Positions 30,364 through 32,000 of a stretch of 32,000 nucleotides of DNA are shown here, piece after piece. The notes under the pieces were generated by a model, which saw only the letters and a list, made by a program, of their open reading frames with translations, was not told the origin of the DNA and did not search any database. The position numbers and the translations under genes were made by a program. The first letter of the stretch is position 1. Each line of letters opens with the position of its first letter. The stretch spans positions 1 through 32,000 of the forward strand of contig LCKC01000007.1 of assembly GCA_001001185.1 (NCBI GenBank), in the 5' to 3' direction. The DNA is from Parcubacteria group bacterium GW2011_GWB1_45_10. Lineage in GTDB: Bacteria; Patescibacteriota; Minisyncoccia; UBA6257; Brennerbacteraceae.

Positions 30364-31278
30364 TTAAATCCACCTTTTTCTTTTCAAAAACCAGTAAAGC
30401 AGTCCGCAGGCTAAACCCATGAATCCCAGAACTATCCACCAGTCGCCTGGCTGGCCGATGACCGGCGTGAACTGGGTGTTGATTTGGAATAAAGTGCCGA
30501 TGATGGTGACCGGCGCCAGAAAAAACGCCAGCCAGGAAAGAATCTTTGTCACTTCGTCAAGCTTGGTTGAAAGCATTGAGCTGTTGGTCGTTTCCAGGCT
30601 TTCCAGAGTGTCTTTCTGGTTTTCCACCCAGTCAATCGCGTCCATGTAGTTTTCCAGAATTCTTTTGAAATGGAAAGATTTGTTGCCGGAATAAACAGCG
30701 CCTTGCTCTTCAGCCAGGTCTTTCAGGGCGCCGTGGACCGGCTTCATGATTCTTCTGAAATCAAGCACGTCCCGTTTGGTCTGCGAGATCTGCCTGATCA
30801 TTTCTTTTTCCTTGTTTTTGAAGATGCCCTCAGAGATTTGGTTGATTTTTTTGTCGATATGCGCCAGCTCGCGATTGGCGTAATTGAAAAGCTCTTCAAA
30901 AATAATTTCCAAAGCTTCAGCCGAGGTTTTACCCAAAACTTTGCTCCGGAAGCCTTCCAGGTTTTCGGTTTTCTTAAAAAGGTCGTCAAGCGGCTCGCAG
31001 CTGGAGTATCTGATGGTCGCCAGGGCGTTTTCTTTGATTAAAAAATCAATCTCAATCGGCATTGAGGTTTTTTTGGACTGGTTGTAAACCGGGAAGCGGA
31101 TGACCAGAAAAATAAAATCATTGAATTTTTCCAGTTTTTGCCTTGAAAGCTGGATTTTAATCTCTTCTTCAAGGGCGGGCGAAACGTCAAAGAACTGTTT
31201 CAGCTCTTTTAAGTCCGGTTCTTTCGGATGGTTAATGTCAAGCCAGGTGGTCTTGTCTTTTATTGTGCGCATAGCCAA
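30364..31278 (-). CDS. CorA-like divalent-cation transporter family protein with a non-canonical pore motif
   Basis: 304 aa; soluble N-domain plus two C-terminal TM helices. The loop motif reads LFQINTQF where CorA proteins have (Y/F)GMNF. Confidence 0.7.
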   Translation of the reverse strand: MAMRTIKDKTTWLDINHPKEPDLKELKQFFDVSPALEEEIKIQLSRQKLEKFNDFIFLVIRFPVYNQSKKTSMPIEIDFLIKENALATIRYSSCEPLDDLFKKTENLEGFRSKVLGKTSAEALEIIFEELFNYANRELAHIDKKINQISEGIFKNKEKEMIRQISQTKRDVLDFRRIMKPVHGALKDLAEEQGAVYSGNKSFHFKRILENYMDAIDWVENQKDTLESLETTNSSMLSTKLDEVTKILSWLAFFLAPVTIIGTLFQINTQFTPVIGQPGDWWIVLGFMGLACGLLYWFLKRKRWI

Positions 31279-31329
31279 ATTTAGCTAATAACTAATATTA
31301 TAGTACGGCGGGGTTGTTTAGGGAATACG

Positions 31330-31356
31330 TTAGCAGTCTTGCCTTGACACTGCTAA
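31330..31356 (+). promoter_or_regulatory. CIRCE-like HrcA operator overlapping a TTGACA -35 box
   Basis: TTAGCAGTC-N9-CACTGCTAA against the CIRCE consensus TTAGCACTC-N9-GAGTGCTAA, with perfect 8-bp inverted arms TTAGCAGT/ACTGCTAA. TTGACA at 31344-31349. Lies 49 nt before hrcA. Confidence 0.8.
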
Positions 31357-31404
31357 TTTTTTTGATAAGATAATTTAATTACTTGTGGTGAGCGAAATCG
31401 AACC

Positions 31405-32000
31405 ATGCAACAACGGCAAAAAGAAATTCTTTCCATTTTAATCGAGGATTACGTCAAAGAAGCAAAGCCAATTTCTTCCGGTTTTTTGGTCAGGCGGCAC
31501 CAGCTTGATTACAGCCCGGCGACTGTCCGGAATGAGCTCGCCGAGCTTCTGGACAACGGCTATCTGAAAAAGATTTATTTTTCTTCGGGCAATGTTCCGA
31601 CAAACAAAGCCTATCGCTTGGTGGTTGAAGAGGCCTTGAACGAGCCGGACAAGCAGCCACAGAAAAAGCACCAGGAACTTTCATCTTTGCCGGAAGCCGT
31701 TTCTTTTTTGGCGAAAGAGTTCGGGTCTTTGACGGCGGGCGTGGACAGCGAATTCAATTTTTTTCTTGACGGCGTTGACGAGCTTTTCGGCCAGCCTGAT
31801 TTTTTCACCCGCGACCATTATTTGCTTTTGGGCGGATTGGTTGAATGCCTGCAAGAGCTGAAAAAAGATTTTTTCCGAAAAAGAGGCAATGCCATTTTTG
31901 TCGGCAAAGAAAATCCGTTTTGGAACGGGTCTGACGAATTGAGTTGGTTTTTCGGTTCAGCCAGGAAAGCGTCGTTTTCGATTGTCGCCATCGGTCCGAC
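31405..32000 (+). CDS. hrcA: Heat-inducible transcription repressor HrcA, 3' end truncated by window edge (not in the ORF track)
   Basis: Open frame from the ATG at 31405 to the window end: MQQRQKEILSILIEDYVKEAKPISSGFLVRRHQLDYSPATVRNELAELLDNGYLKK. This matches the HrcA winged-helix N-terminus (SSATIRNEM..LE..G). Confidence 0.85.
   Translation, partial: MQQRQKEILSILIEDYVKEAKPISSGFLVRRHQLDYSPATVRNELAELLDNGYLKKIYFSSGNVPTNKAYRLVVEEALNEPDKQPQKKHQELSSLPEAVSFLAKEFGSLTAGVDSEFNFFLDGVDELFGQPDFFTRDHYLLLGGLVECLQELKKDFFRKRGNAIFVGKENPFWNGSDELSWFFGSARKASFSIVAIGP

Overview
The window has the gene content of a reduced, CPR/Patescibacteria-like bacterial genome using the standard genetic code (TGA is a stop). 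The first ~15.6 kb is the str/S10/spc ribosomal cluster on the + strand: fusA (5' end cut by the window), tuf, rpsJ, rplC-D-W-B, rpsS, rplV, rpsC, rplP, rpmC, rpsQ, rplN-X-E, rpsN (type Z), rpsH, rplF, rplR, rpsE, rplO, secY, adk, map. There is no L30 gene, and rpsE and rplO overlap by 47 nt. The usual infA-rpmJ-rpsM-rpsK-rpsD-rpoA-rplQ block does not follow map. Instead come ruvX, a GT2 glycosyltransferase, tpiA, a DUF3850/ASCH-like protein, a SIMPL/DUF541 protein, pgk, an RNase HI-like gene, rpsB, tsf and a membrane-anchored hypothetical. Next is a tRNA-Tyr / tRNA-Glu / structured leader / tRNA-His locus, an orphan 263-aa gene, a repeat-rich spacer, a small membrane protein, rplU and another orphan gene. 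On the - strand lie recR, dnaB, cysS and a CorA-like gene, followed by a CIRCE operator and the 5' part of hrcA on the + strand. I saw no rRNA, CRISPR array, transposase or integrase. The best candidate for something new is a T-box-type antiterminator/terminator at 23140-23250, driven by a consensus promoter at 22854. It lies between tRNA genes rather than upstream of an aminoacyl-tRNA synthetase gene. Its acceptor-pairing bulge (UGGG) matches the C73 discriminator of the tRNA-His gene just downstream, which is followed by an unrecognisable orphan gene. Other recurring oddities: (1) heptamer-periodic tandem repeats fill many intergenic spacers and one loop of pgk; (2) core genes lack Shine-Dalgarno sequences, and several have -10 boxes only 6-10 nt before the ATG, while a few orphan or small-peptide cassettes carry perfect AAAGGAGG sites; (3) long imperfect-palindrome elements and GC-rich dispersed repeats occur, one with a 19-nt exact copy inside the recR zinc finger; (4) the pgk 3' end is frame-disrupted. 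All coordinates and motifs were read by eye from the sequence. No searches or folding programs were run.
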